Positions 18,016 to 27,829 of a DNA stretch of 64,000 nt are shown piece by piece. Numbering within the stretch: the first letter of the stretch is position 1; each line of letters starts with the position of its first letter. The notes under the pieces were generated by a model, which had not been told where the DNA came from, made no database searches, and worked only from the letters and a program-made list of their open reading frames with translations. The position numbers and the translations under genes are program-made. The DNA lies in the sequence record MN871451.1. One strand, given 5' to 3'.

Positions 18016-18509
18016 TGCTTATTAAATTTTTTGGTAAAGTCTTTGCGACGGGTGTGGATAAGGTAACGATGGAAAATCAGAAACAATTTAGCGGCATTGG
18101 TAACGGAACAGCGCTGAGTAATCTTGCTCCTGAAAACGCGACCTATGAAGAGTCGGACCCTTTCGTTCTCTGGTTAAATTCGCTTCACCCGTTAACCAGG
18201 GCTATCAACTGGCCCTCAGCGGGTAATGACCCGTTTAAAGAAGTCGGTCTAAGAAAACTAATCATGGACTTTGACACCTACGCAAAGCAAGGTTGGTTTT
18301 CTCTTTGCCCTGTTACAAACACCTGTGATCTCCTCGGCATTACGCGTTCACTTAAAGGTGATCTCGCTTATGAAAAACTCCGGGCTATCCACTGTGCCGA
18401 TTTCAAGATTATGGATATCCTAGTTATCAGACAAATACCAAAGCTCTGTAACGACATTCTCGACGGGGTTAAACACGGCAACGAATTCTTTCGATCCTTT
18501 AATAACTAA
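18015..18509 (+). CDS. Hypothetical protein (conserved FSLCP...LRAIHC.DF family)
   Basis: Motif seen in phage/ICE hypotheticals; TAATG overlap. Confidence 0.65.
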   Translation: MLIKFFGKVFATGVDKVTMENQKQFSGIGNGTALSNLAPENATYEESDPFVLWLNSLHPLTRAINWPSAGNDPFKEVGLRKLIMDFDTYAKQGWFSLCPVTNTCDLLGITRSLKGDLAYEKLRAIHCADFKIMDILVIRQIPKLCNDILDGVKHGNEFFRSFNN

Positions 18510-18526
18510 CGATAAAGAGGTGAATC

Positions 18527-18841
18527 ATGTTAACGCACGTGATTGAACTGAAATATGTGGAACTCCCTATTGTTCCGACTGAGTACAACGGGTTCTTACG
18601 TATCCTGGCAGGCGACCCCGCCGCCGATATCCTGAATGAACCACCCGTCACGCCACGGTTTCCTGAACAAGACGCGTTAGATTACGCGACCTTGAATTTC
18701 GTGTACGACGGAAATCACACCGCAGTTCTTTATCCTGGTGATTTGATTCTGATTCACGACAACAGTCGGTTCAGTGTTGTACTCAACCCGGATGCGGATT
18801 ACCTGCGAACCCTCCTTTTAACGGTAGGTGTGAAGTCATGA
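18527..18841 (+). CDS. Hypothetical protein
   Basis: GAGGT SD; packed run. Confidence 0.7.
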   Translation: MLTHVIELKYVELPIVPTEYNGFLRILAGDPAADILNEPPVTPRFPEQDALDYATLNFVYDGNHTAVLYPGDLILIHDNSRFSVVLNPDADYLRTLLLTVGVKS

Positions 18842-19080
18842 GTACAGCGGGAATGTTGATATCTGCCGGCGGGGCGCTCTGGGCGGTTGTGTTTCTGATG
18901 ATTGTTTGGAAACCAATTGTTAACCCCAAGTATCGCCGCGTCGTCCTCCGTATGGAGATCTGGAAGGTTTTGACAATTGGTATTGCATGGCCTTTTATCT
19001 GCATCGGAATATTCGTCGGGTTGGTTTGGTACTTGAACATCTATAACCCGTTCAAGAAAGACAACAACGATATACGATAG
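18838..19080 (+). CDS. Small membrane protein (2 TM)
   Basis: Two hydrophobic segments; overlaps the upstream stop. Confidence 0.7.
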   Translation: MSTAGMLISAGGALWAVVFLMIVWKPIVNPKYRRVVLRMEIWKVLTIGIAWPFICIGIFVGLVWYLNIYNPFKKDNNDIR

Positions 19081-19093
19081 GAGAAGAAAATTA

Positions 19094-19486
19094 ATGGCGT
19101 TAATGAAAACACTATCAGCAATATTGTTTTCTGGGGCAGGGATCAGTTTGAGCTATTACCTCCCATGGGCGGAGAAGCGTTTGTTTCTGATGAAGTTAAA
19201 CGCTAATCGGAAAAGTCTCCGTCACGCCAGTTACCACGACCAGGTGTTCGCTAAACGCGCAGTGAAACTGCTCTATCGGAATCTCCGTTCCGCTGAAAAG
19301 AAAAGTCTGCCGTTCTCGGCGTTTGTTTCTTTAGCGGAGGTGTACCAGTACGAACCCGCACACCTGGTTGTTTTTCTCACCCCAACGGCAACGAGTTTAA
19401 CTGTAGAGGTCTATATCCGTAGCCGTCGTTTTGATAATCGTAAATACAAAGTTCGTACATGGACTTTCCGTCCCTGGACCGAATAA
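19094..19486 (+). CDS. Hypothetical protein with an N-terminal hydrophobic segment
   Basis: AGGAGA SD; packed run. Confidence 0.7.
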   Translation: MALMKTLSAILFSGAGISLSYYLPWAEKRLFLMKLNANRKSLRHASYHDQVFAKRAVKLLYRNLRSAEKKSLPFSAFVSLAEVYQYEPAHLVVFLTPTATSLTVEVYIRSRRFDNRKYKVRTWTFRPWTE

Positions 19487-19499
19487 AGGAAACTAAAAC

Positions 19500-19814
19500 A
19501 TGTTGAATCAGATTATTGAGATTTGTGGTCTAGATGCCGATGAAGAAGTAGATATGGCGTACGCTGCCGAGTTAGAGAAAACCGTGACGATGTTACTCGA
19601 GCGGAATGACGTTGGCCATGTTATCGGCACGATGAACCAGCTGATTGTAGATGGTCCGGTCTACGATGGCGATATTCATTCTAAGTCAGGGCGGGATTTC
19701 CTTCTGATGGAAGACTACGCCGTCAAGGTGGTAGTCAAGAATGAGCAGGGATTCAATGCGATGAATCATAAGGGCTGGGACTTGCATCGTCTTTATCACC
19801 ATTTCGTAGGCTAA
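19500..19814 (+). CDS. Hypothetical protein (GPVYDGDIHSKSGRD family)
   Basis: Motif recurrent in enterobacterial phage hypotheticals; AAGGA SD. Confidence 0.7.
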   Translation: MLNQIIEICGLDADEEVDMAYAAELEKTVTMLLERNDVGHVIGTMNQLIVDGPVYDGDIHSKSGRDFLLMEDYAVKVVVKNEQGFNAMNHKGWDLHRLYHHFVG

Positions 19815-19832
19815 TAAGGAAGGGTATATCAG

Positions 19833-21044
19833 ATGTTTGACTTAGGCGTAGTAATCGGTAAATTCGCACCCCTTACGTTGGGGCACATCAACTTAATCAC
19901 AGAGGCTGCTGTGCAGTCTAAGCATGTCCTCGTCATTCTTTCCCACGACCAACGTTGGCTGGATAAACAATCGCCACGAGACCAAAAGGTACTCAATTTC
20001 AAGAATCGTCTGCGCTGGCTGCAACAGACTTACGCGGATACAGAGCACGTCACGATCGATTTCATTGATGAGGCTTCTGTACCGGAATACCCGAACGGCT
20101 GGAAAGAATACGCTGCTCTGCTCGGCGCTAAGATTTTCAACGAGGCAGGTAGACTGGCAGCTAATCACAGTCAGGCGCAGAGCATTGCTATTTTCAGTAG
20201 CGAGCTGGATTACGATGAAAAATACAAAACGCACCTCGGTTTTGTAGAACACGTTATCGTTGACAGTAACCGTACCCGCGTCCCCATCTCCGCCACGATG
20301 ATCCGTGAAAACCTTTACGACCATTGGGAATATCTCCCGAGCATTGTCCGTAAAGATTATTGTTTGCGGGTGGTCGTATTAGGCGTTGAGAGTTCTGGGA
20401 AAAGTTCCCTCGTCAAGAACCTCGCCAAACTCTACAATACCAGCTGGGTTGAAGAGTACGGCCGTACGTACTGTGAAACGGTCTTAGCGGGTTCGGAAGC
20501 GACTCTCCGTAGTTCTGACTACCCGTTGATTGCGTATCGTCACAAAGAGCTGGAGGAGGAAGCATTACGTACTTCTAATCGACTCTGTTTCATCGATACG
20601 AACGCCTTCATTACGGAATATTACCATCGGCTGTACGAGGGTAAACCTAACCCTATTGTTTCTGCTATCGCGGCTGAAGAGCATTACGATCTCGTGTTGA
20701 TTCTTTCGCCGGAAGTACCATGGGTCGATGATGGTCTGCGGCTGAATCCTGACCGCGAGAAAACAGAGAGTCTCTTCCAACAAATGCTTTGGGAATTTAA
20801 AAACCAAACACCATGGGGGCGCACTGTATTCATTAAAGGGGACTCTTACAAAGGTCGTTTAGATCAATCACGTGAAGCGGTTGATAACTTGTTATCCGGT
20901 AACGGCACTGCCGGCCAGAGCGCTCCAGAAATTCCAAATAAGTTCCCTCCTGCTGCCAGCGGTGGTAACTTTGATAAAGATTGGAGTATGGTAGAAAGCA
21001 TCGAGGCTGGTTCTCATCAGAACCCCGCTGATTGGGGTGGATGA
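19833..21044 (+). CDS. nadR: NadR-type bifunctional NMN adenylyltransferase / ribosylnicotinamide kinase (no HTH repressor domain)
   Basis: IGKFAPLTLGH ((H/T)xGH motif), ISATMIRENLYDHWEYLP, Walker A GVESSGKSS, EEYGRTY, FIDTN, WVDDGLR. Confidence 0.95.
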   Translation: MFDLGVVIGKFAPLTLGHINLITEAAVQSKHVLVILSHDQRWLDKQSPRDQKVLNFKNRLRWLQQTYADTEHVTIDFIDEASVPEYPNGWKEYAALLGAKIFNEAGRLAANHSQAQSIAIFSSELDYDEKYKTHLGFVEHVIVDSNRTRVPISATMIRENLYDHWEYLPSIVRKDYCLRVVVLGVESSGKSSLVKNLAKLYNTSWVEEYGRTYCETVLAGSEATLRSSDYPLIAYRHKELEEEALRTSNRLCFIDTNAFITEYYHRLYEGKPNPIVSAIAAEEHYDLVLILSPEVPWVDDGLRLNPDREKTESLFQQMLWEFKNQTPWGRTVFIKGDSYKGRLDQSREAVDNLLSGNGTAGQSAPEIPNKFPPAASGGNFDKDWSMVESIEAGSHQNPADWGG

Positions 21045-21048
21045 TTTC

Positions 21049-21192
21049 ATGACTCAACAACGGCGTACGCAACGCAAAATAAAGCGGATGTTAGGCGATA
21101 ACTATCGCTTTTACCACGCTGTATTTGGCGACAAACTTAATCTGAGATCCGCAAGTTACATCTCAACTTTTCTCGAAGGATTTAATAGATGA
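21049..21192 (+). CDS. Small basic protein, 47 aa (not in the ORF track)
   Basis: MTQQRRTQRKIKRMLGDNYRF...; fills the nadR-pnuC gap exactly; its stop overlaps the pnuC ATG (ATGA). Confidence 0.55.
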   Translation: MTQQRRTQRKIKRMLGDNYRFYHAVFGDKLNLRSASYISTFLEGFNR

Positions 21193-21878
21193 ACTCATTG
21201 GTAATGAAAACTTTCACTGACTTTGCGCACTGGAAGAAAGTCGAATACTTTTGGCTGATCGTAGCGTTAATCGTCGTCGGATTAGGGAGCTGGCAAGCCA
21301 GTCCGTTAGAATTCACGGCAGCGCTGACTAACGTCGTCTGCGTGATTCTGGTGGCGAAGGGTCGCGTCTCTAATTATTACTGGGGGACGATTGGCGTAAT
21401 TACCTACGGTATTGTTTCGTACAATACCGGCCTTTATGCCAATGCGGCGTTGAACGCTATTTACCTTCCCATGCAGTTTATCGGTATTTATTACTGGACG
21501 AAAGACCTGGGCAAAACTCCAGCCAAAGCTGACGTAGCGGTTAAAACGATCACTTTACGTGACGTGATAACTTATCTGGTTGTTGGGGTTATCTTCTGGT
21601 ATGGCCTGACCGAATACCTGAAAACTACGCAGGATCCGTTTCCTGCATTAGACGCGTTCTGCTTAGTCGCATCGCTCATCGCCATGTGGATGATGATCAA
21701 GCAGCAGCCAGAGCAATGGATTCTCTGGATCATTATCAACTGCGTCACGATTTATCTGTGGGTGATCCCGGCGCTTAATCAACCGGGTTCATGGGCGCAG
21801 GTGGCACAGTGGGCAGTATTCTTGATGAATGCTTTCTACGGCCTTTGGAAGTGGTATATCACCAAAACCAACAAATAA
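21189..21878 (+). CDS. pnuC: PnuC nicotinamide riboside transporter
   Basis: Multi-TM protein; NVVCVILVAKGRVSNYYWG, MQFIGIYYW, DPFPALDAF, EQWILWIIIN; adjacent to nadR. Confidence 0.93.
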   Translation: MNSLVMKTFTDFAHWKKVEYFWLIVALIVVGLGSWQASPLEFTAALTNVVCVILVAKGRVSNYYWGTIGVITYGIVSYNTGLYANAALNAIYLPMQFIGIYYWTKDLGKTPAKADVAVKTITLRDVITYLVVGVIFWYGLTEYLKTTQDPFPALDAFCLVASLIAMWMMIKQQPEQWILWIIINCVTIYLWVIPALNQPGSWAQVAQWAVFLMNAFYGLWKWYITKTNK

Positions 21879-21908
21879 GTTTACTGGTTTAAAAAATAGG
21901 AAATAGAA

Positions 21909-22349
21909 ATGAATCGTTACGCTGATAATGATTTCGACGTAAAGTCGTTATTAAAGAAGGTGGGTAAATGGGCGGCCATCGGCATTGTTGCGTTTATAGT
22001 GCTGCTGATGGCGGGGTGCCCGTACTACAATGTTTGGCAGCAGGGGATGGCGGGGAAAGCCGCTCTGATGAAAGCCACGCAGGATCGTCAGATCGCCGTA
22101 CAGGAAGCAGAGGCTAAGAAAGAGTCCGCTAAAAGTTTGGCGGAGGCAGAGGTTATTCGTGCAGGCGGTGTCGCCAAGGCGAACAAGATCATTGGTGACA
22201 GCTTGAAGAACAACGAAGCGTATCTCCGTTACCTTTGGGTAGATAGCTTACAGCAAACTAAGAACCAAGTGATCTACGTCCCGACAGAAGCGAATCTCCC
22301 GGTGATGGAAGCGAACCGTTTTAATAACGGCCTACCGCCTGAAAAATAG
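21909..22349 (+). CDS. Membrane-anchored SPFH/band-7-like coiled-coil protein
   Basis: TM helix, then QEAEAKKESAK...AEAEVIRAGGVAKANKII.DSL...YLRYLW...VIYVPTEANLP. Confidence 0.7.
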   Translation: MNRYADNDFDVKSLLKKVGKWAAIGIVAFIVLLMAGCPYYNVWQQGMAGKAALMKATQDRQIAVQEAEAKKESAKSLAEAEVIRAGGVAKANKIIGDSLKNNEAYLRYLWVDSLQQTKNQVIYVPTEANLPVMEANRFNNGLPPEK

Positions 22350-22361
22350 CCAGAGGTGTAA

Positions 22362-22649
22362 ATGAGCGATTCTGATTCCGTAGAAAAAATAGGAATTCTT
22401 GAAAGTTATGAACATTCCGGGAAGTGGATCGAAATGGTCATAGACGGTAAAGAAAGTTCCATGAAGTACGGTTACTTGCGTGTTTTGGCTTTTACTTTGC
22501 CTGATCGTCTTTGGTATCATGAAGTTGAAGAGATTACAAAAGTAATTCCCAGATGGCCAGAAGGGGCGCGCGTTAAACATGTTCATGGGGAAATTGTTGC
22601 TATCTGGATTCCAACTAAGAATCTTTGGATACGGCAAAAAAGACATTAA
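22362..22649 (+). CDS. Hypothetical protein
   Basis: GAGGT SD; followed by a terminator. Confidence 0.7.
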   Translation: MSDSDSVEKIGILESYEHSGKWIEMVIDGKESSMKYGYLRVLAFTLPDRLWYHEVEEITKVIPRWPEGARVKHVHGEIVAIWIPTKNLWIRQKRH

Positions 22650-22654
22650 ATGAG

Positions 22655-22685
22655 AGGAGAGGCTTTTGCCTCTCCTTTTTTATTT
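22655..22685 (+). terminator. Intrinsic terminator
   Basis: AGGAGAGGC-tttt-GCCTCTCCT followed by a T-run. Confidence 0.8.
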
Positions 22686-22723
22686 TCTCGTCAATTGCTC
22701 TGAATGAAAGGAGGGTTTAATTT

Positions 22724-23080
22724 ATGCGCGAAGCAATTATGGTGTTAAAATCCAACGTTGGCGATGTCAACTTTTACCCCGTGGAAGGCGGTCCGTCCGG
22801 AATGGAAATAGGGAAAGTTTACCTGTTATCCCGTTTAAAGGACCCTCTTTCGATAGGAGTTTACATCAATCCGATGTTTTGTGACGAAGACCTTGAAATG
22901 CCCTTTATGGCGCGAGTGTTAAAATATATCAACGAGTCTGATTCGGAATATATTTTCACATGGGTTCGGGTCACGGATAAAGACGAAACAACGGTGACGC
23001 TAGACGCCTTATTCAATAATGACCCACCTATCAAGATGCGGTATAGGTTGACCGAAGAAGATAAAAGAAAACTGCACTGA
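22724..23080 (+). CDS. Hypothetical protein
   Basis: AAGGAGG SD. Confidence 0.7.
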   Translation: MREAIMVLKSNVGDVNFYPVEGGPSGMEIGKVYLLSRLKDPLSIGVYINPMFCDEDLEMPFMARVLKYINESDSEYIFTWVRVTDKDETTVTLDALFNNDPPIKMRYRLTEEDKRKLH

Positions 23081-23090
23081 GGAAAAAAAG

Positions 23091-24008
23091 ATGGAAAGTA
23101 TTGAAATTAAATATGGCAATATCCGTGGCAAAAATCCAATTATTCCATTGCTGGAAACGCCAACTTTCGAACTAAAAGAGGATTGGGGAGATAATTCCCC
23201 CATTATTCTTAACGGAGTGGAAACAGTTTTAGACGATGCTAAGCAGTACTTCCTTTACGACGTTCTCGGTTTTTGCGGCTGCGGTATGCCTTTCGAGGCA
23301 CAGGTATTTTGGTTAGCTCAGATTAATGCTGTTGTGTCAGGGACAAAAATGGATTACATGGGGTACCCTGGTGGCGTGGAGTTTTTCACGGAAACAGCGA
23401 TTCGTCAGGGTATTATTACCCCCGAAGGGAACTTAACAAATTTGGGTAAACTCACGATACTTTTTGTCGAAAAATATATTGAGATCTGTCCGGACGGCGA
23501 CGACGAAGTCCCCGGGGATTTCACCCCGACTCTCAGTATCCCAGACGCCGCTAAACGTAATAGTAAGTGGTTCTTATTCAAATTCATGACTCATCTCGCC
23601 TTGCGTAAACGTGCTGTCTCCCCTACTAAAACGGATACAACAGACCTTTATGAAAAACGAGGGGAGATCTGGGCGAGATTACCTCAGCCGGTTTATTTTT
23701 GGGTGGCTTATCAGCTCGGTAATTTAGATTGGGAGGAACATGGCGGGTCAGCGGGCGGGTGGTTATCTGTAAAAGGCTATGAAGTATTCTGGGCTTTGGT
23801 TGATGAATTCGGCGTAGGTGAAATAGAAGTGTTTGATCTCTTAGAGAAGGGATACCTTTTTAAAGATGACGACCTTTTAAAAGTAGAGCTACAGAAACGC
23901 CGTAGTGCATTTATTGCAGTACGACCCGATTTAGATTGGGATGTAATCATTCCTCCCCCAACCATCGATATTCGTACTGCCATACAACAATCTTTTGGAG
24001 GAGAATAA
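23091..24008 (+). CDS. Hypothetical protein (FCGCG.P / EHGGS.GGWL family)
   Basis: Conserved phage motifs GFCGCGMP and AYQLGNLDWEEHGGSAGGWLSVKG. Confidence 0.75.
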   Translation: MESIEIKYGNIRGKNPIIPLLETPTFELKEDWGDNSPIILNGVETVLDDAKQYFLYDVLGFCGCGMPFEAQVFWLAQINAVVSGTKMDYMGYPGGVEFFTETAIRQGIITPEGNLTNLGKLTILFVEKYIEICPDGDDEVPGDFTPTLSIPDAAKRNSKWFLFKFMTHLALRKRAVSPTKTDTTDLYEKRGEIWARLPQPVYFWVAYQLGNLDWEEHGGSAGGWLSVKGYEVFWALVDEFGVGEIEVFDLLEKGYLFKDDDLLKVELQKRRSAFIAVRPDLDWDVIIPPPTIDIRTAIQQSFGGE

Positions 24009-24009
24009 A

Positions 24010-24414
24010 ATGGAATTGAATCCTAACGAAGTCCCTCTCAATGACAAAGGCGAGCAAGCCAATCTCGTCTTAAAATTTGGTAATGAACTCATCCCCTTCT
24101 GGATCGCCAGTGATCGCTTCACTCATTTAGTTCCCGGTGAACGTTATCTGGCCGTTTTCATGGACAATGAAGAGGCTGTAGGCGATAACGTTTGGTTCTT
24201 GTCGTCTAATCGTGAATTGGATACCGTTGAATGGGAAAGTATTGATTTAACGATCCAAAGTCAGAACGAGAAAAGTGGCGTTGTAGATATCACCCAAAAT
24301 GACGCAACAACGACAGTTCTGCACTACGCTTTCCGCGAAGATCTGGGAAACATTTCTTTGGCGCACGACACAGACCCCGAGAAAGCCTCGGTGGTAGTAA
24401 AAGACAAGCACTAA
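24010..24414 (+). CDS. Hypothetical protein
   Basis: GGAGGAG SD before ATG 24010. Confidence 0.7.
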   Translation: MELNPNEVPLNDKGEQANLVLKFGNELIPFWIASDRFTHLVPGERYLAVFMDNEEAVGDNVWFLSSNRELDTVEWESIDLTIQSQNEKSGVVDITQNDATTTVLHYAFREDLGNISLAHDTDPEKASVVVKDKH

Positions 24415-24431
24415 TTCCGGAGGGGACGAAA

Positions 24432-24920
24432 GTGGACTTTATTGGAATAACAATGGTAGTATTACTAGCAATTATTGTTATCTCAAAAGGATTGCTTATT
24501 TATCGAAAACGTACATCCTCTACAAAACGCAATATATCCGAAGAATATATTACCACGTTAACTAATGCAATTGTCGAAGAAGCTTCTAATCAAACATTTT
24601 CCATTTTAATCGCGATAAAAGCGGTCAAAACCGGAGCAGTTAATAACGTCACAATGAGGAAGAATAATACTCGTATTGAGAAAGATCCTTATGGGAAAGT
24701 AAGGGTAAAGATAGAACGCAAAAGATTGATCTTAACTTCCCAAGACGTAAAGGATCAAGTCGTAAAACAACTCAGGGGTGGCTTACCCAGAGTTAATTTG
24801 GAATTTATAAACTTAGTAGTGATAAAAGCCTTAGGTAATGATGTATCAATGGCAGCAGGGCATTTACTGGTTCTTCTGTCATCAACATTGGATGAAAACA
24901 CAATCATAGAGGAAATTTAA
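24432..24920 (+). CDS. Membrane-anchored hypothetical protein
   Basis: GGAGGGG SD, GTG start, N-terminal TM. Confidence 0.65.
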   Translation: MDFIGITMVVLLAIIVISKGLLIYRKRTSSTKRNISEEYITTLTNAIVEEASNQTFSILIAIKAVKTGAVNNVTMRKNNTRIEKDPYGKVRVKIERKRLILTSQDVKDQVVKQLRGGLPRVNLEFINLVVIKALGNDVSMAAGHLLVLLSSTLDENTIIEEI

Positions 24921-24921
24921 C

Positions 24922-25113
24922 ATGTCTAAAGTCTATCTGCCCGATAATGATCCTGCTGATGTTTTTCATCAGCGTCAGTTATTAGCCGAGGCATTATACG
25001 ATGTCCTCGTCGCAGCCGGTATGTTAAATACCGATACTCAACCGAACGGTGCTGAGCTGATTCAGTTCGCAGGTGAATTCGTTGAATTCTCAAAGGGTAA
25101 AGTAAATGGCTGA
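24922..25113 (+). CDS. Hypothetical protein
   Basis: 63 aa; packed run. Confidence 0.65.
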   Translation: MSKVYLPDNDPADVFHQRQLLAEALYDVLVAAGMLNTDTQPNGAELIQFAGEFVEFSKGKVNG

Positions 25114-26311
25114 AATTCTTTTTGCGTTAGGGCTCTTGGCATTAATTGGTGCCGGCGTGACTTCGATCTATTTTGTTTTAGTAAAAAATAAAGGAAAGTC
25201 TTCTCTTTCTTACTCGGTGATTGATGACAATTTGGTCAAGGAGAAAGTAAACGAAATCCAAGAAGAAATGGCAAAACAACTTTATCCCGGCGAAGAGTCT
25301 TTAACTTTGTTACGTAAGTTGTTATCGAGTAATCAAAATATGCTTGTTCAAACGACGGAGGAAGGAATCTTACTGAGAAATAAAGCGGACTCAATATTCC
25401 CAGAAAACAGTGTAAAGTTTTCATTGACGCGGGATTTCATGGGTCTGTGGCGTATTACGGTAGAAATCCCTACGTTTGGATGGGAATGGGAAGATGCGAT
25501 TAGGTTTCAACTTACTCAGTCTTTCCCGGGTCTGAATGGTTCGGATATCCGAACCATTATTCGATCGTCTATTAACGATCAGAATAGCTCTGTCATTGAA
25601 TGGCATTGGAAAAAGTGGATAATGGATACGTTATCTAATGATCTTGGGTATGTTACCCTTAATTCCCCCTGGGACATTTTTTCCAGCAGAGACGAAAAGT
25701 CCGAGGAAATCGTCTTTTGTTTACCTGATGCTGACGTAAATAAATTCTCGGTAAAAGGAAAACCGGTAGAGGTTTATCATCAGCTTTTGTCATTCACCAA
25801 CGAAATGAAGAGGAAGTTGGAAAAAGAGTACATCGATAGCATCGGCTTTTTCTCACGGAAAATCTCGGACTACATTTCCGAGACAACGTTACAGAACATT
25901 TCCGTTATGGAGTTAAAAGGTCAATCGATTATCGATTTAACAATGGATCAATCTTTTGTACTAGAAGCTTCTTTAACGCTGGACAAAAATGACTTTGTTC
26001 TTAACCTTAGATTAACGATACCAGAAGTTGAACTAGACATAACTCGTTTGATCGAGCGTCTCGAAGTCAATCTCCGTGGTTTCTTTTCTGACTACGGTAA
26101 AGACGTAGAAATCTTTGACGAAAGCTTTTTGTCTATGGGTTTGATTCCTAACGTGACTGACTCTTTCGACCGTGATCATCTCCGGAGATTTGGCAGAAAG
26201 ATCAGTTATTGCTACTCGTTTATCATGAGGATAAAGGAAAAAGATGGGAACGTTCATTTTGGGGATTCCGGAGAGACTCTCGATGGGTTTGCGGAAGATC
26301 AAGGATCCTGA
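25106..26311 (+). CDS. Membrane-anchored hypothetical protein
   Basis: 401 aa; N-terminal TM helix. Confidence 0.75.
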   Translation: MAEILFALGLLALIGAGVTSIYFVLVKNKGKSSLSYSVIDDNLVKEKVNEIQEEMAKQLYPGEESLTLLRKLLSSNQNMLVQTTEEGILLRNKADSIFPENSVKFSLTRDFMGLWRITVEIPTFGWEWEDAIRFQLTQSFPGLNGSDIRTIIRSSINDQNSSVIEWHWKKWIMDTLSNDLGYVTLNSPWDIFSSRDEKSEEIVFCLPDADVNKFSVKGKPVEVYHQLLSFTNEMKRKLEKEYIDSIGFFSRKISDYISETTLQNISVMELKGQSIIDLTMDQSFVLEASLTLDKNDFVLNLRLTIPEVELDITRLIERLEVNLRGFFSDYGKDVEIFDESFLSMGLIPNVTDSFDRDHLRRFGRKISYCYSFIMRIKEKDGNVHFGDSGETLDGFAEDQGS

Positions 26312-26672
26312 TGACCGCATTTACGTCATGACAGCCCTTTTCTGGGCGGTCATTCTTACCGCTGAAAACGCAGATTCAAAGTATGCTGGGAAAATTTTAC
26401 ATCAGGCGTTTTCAGAGCAAGCCTACCACCAATTTATCGAGCCCTGTTACCCAGACAGCGCTGAGGATCCCCCGCCTACTGACAACCCAGATAGGTTATA
26501 CGAGGTCTTTGAGAAGTTCTCTCAGCATATCGATGTTTATTGCGGGTGGCCAACGATCTATCGATTTTTCTTTGAGAAAATTGATCTTGGGAGTTACATC
26601 TCAGATGACGATGTTCAGTTTGAACTAGAAGTCAATCCACATCAAAACTTTTTGCAAATAGAGGTATTTTAA
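26244..26672 (+). CDS. Hypothetical protein
   Basis: AAGGA SD; overlaps the 3' end of the previous gene; start uncertain. Confidence 0.6.
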   Translation: MGTFILGIPERLSMGLRKIKDPDDRIYVMTALFWAVILTAENADSKYAGKILHQAFSEQAYHQFIEPCYPDSAEDPPPTDNPDRLYEVFEKFSQHIDVYCGWPTIYRFFFEKIDLGSYISDDDVQFELEVNPHQNFLQIEVF

Positions 26673-27224
26673 ATGGAAAACACAGAAACTTCTTTAATTG
26701 AGAATTACCGTGCAGGGTTAAAACTTCTCGAATCCGAGTTGGCATCAGTGATGTATGACGAGAAAAGTGGAGAGTTTCTTTTTGTTCAACGGGATAACGA
26801 TCCAGCGTGGGAAATTCTGGGAGATCTTCACGGTGTTGGTTCGCCCTCTTCTGAAGTTCCGGTTAAAGAGCTGATAGAAAAAATTAACAAAGGCGGCGAG
26901 TTCTCTGTTATTCATATCGATCTGTTACGGGAATACCTTCGGTTTTTCTGGCTACTCTCCGCGAACGTTATTGATTTTTGTTTTGCTGAACCTGGCGAAC
27001 AAGAAGACGTTACTGATTATTCAATCTACACCGATTTTGATGGGCAAAGAATTTATCTTCTTTTCCGGAACGATTGCTCCGCAGAAAGTCCCATCGGCAA
27101 ACGTACTTATAGCAAACGCGGACTTAAAGATGTTTATATCGGCGGTGGTCTGAGTGAACTCGTCAGTAACGAATGCGCTTTTAAAGGCATCCCCGAACCC
27201 GCCTTCAATATCGAAATCATTTAA
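26673..27224 (+). CDS. Hypothetical acidic protein
   Basis: GAGGT SD; abuts the previous stop. Confidence 0.7.
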   Translation: MENTETSLIENYRAGLKLLESELASVMYDEKSGEFLFVQRDNDPAWEILGDLHGVGSPSSEVPVKELIEKINKGGEFSVIHIDLLREYLRFFWLLSANVIDFCFAEPGEQEDVTDYSIYTDFDGQRIYLLFRNDCSAESPIGKRTYSKRGLKDVYIGGGLSELVSNECAFKGIPEPAFNIEII

Positions 27225-27227
27225 CAT

Positions 27228-27245
27228 CTATATCACTTGATTGCA
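27228..27245 (+). promoter_or_regulatory. Phage early promoter (CTATATCAC-N5-TGCA)
   Basis: Motif copy; intergenic. Confidence 0.7.
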
Positions 27246-27308
27246 TATACGACAGATAAGTCACTTTAAAATCATTTAACAACAACCTTTAACTAAGCGA
27301 GTAATAAA

Positions 27309-27713
27309 ATGTCCCAGAACACTATTGAAACAGAAATCCAATACCAAAACGCGAACGGTTACACTTTCTTCAAGAAAGGCACTAAGCCTCAGCTGATGAC
27401 GCCGTTCTTCATGCTTTTCATCATTTTCTCACAGCCGATCTTCACTGCGATTCAGGTCGCCTTACCAACCATCGGCTGGCTGATCTCACTGATACTGTTT
27501 ACGGGTTGGTTCATCACCGACCGTGAAATGCTGAAGAAAGAAGGGGCCTTTGTCCCATCGGGTTGGTGGTGGCTGCTCTCTCCGGTTTATGTCTATAAGC
27601 GCCAGAATCGCAACGGTAACTCCCGCCTGTGGTTTGTCTGGTACATTCTCTCCGGCATTGTTTCGATCTTCGTTGCAGTGATTGTAGCGGCGGCCATGGG
27701 TCAGCAACTATAG
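27309..27713 (+). CDS. Integral membrane protein, monocistronic
   Basis: 3-4 TM segments; WWLLSPVYVYKR motif; has its own promoter and terminator. Confidence 0.8.
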   Translation: MSQNTIETEIQYQNANGYTFFKKGTKPQLMTPFFMLFIIFSQPIFTAIQVALPTIGWLISLILFTGWFITDREMLKKEGAFVPSGWWWLLSPVYVYKRQNRNGNSRLWFVWYILSGIVSIFVAVIVAAAMGQQL

Positions 27714-27720
27714 TTTGACG

Positions 27721-27770
27721 CTTCCTCTCTCCTTCGGGAGAGAGGAAGGTTCTATGTTCTCTTTTTCTTT
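27721..27770 (+). terminator. Terminator hairpin
   Basis: 12-bp stem CTTCCTCTCTCC-ttcg-GGAGAGAGGAAG. Confidence 0.75.
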
Positions 27771-27787
27771 TGGATTTGTTTTCAAGT

Positions 27788-27805
27788 CTATATCACTTAG
27801 ATGTA
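27788..27805 (+). promoter_or_regulatory. Phage early promoter (CTATATCAC-N5-TGTA)
   Basis: Motif copy directly after a terminator. Confidence 0.7.
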
Positions 27806-27829
27806 GAGGAAAAATAAAAGGAGAAATAA

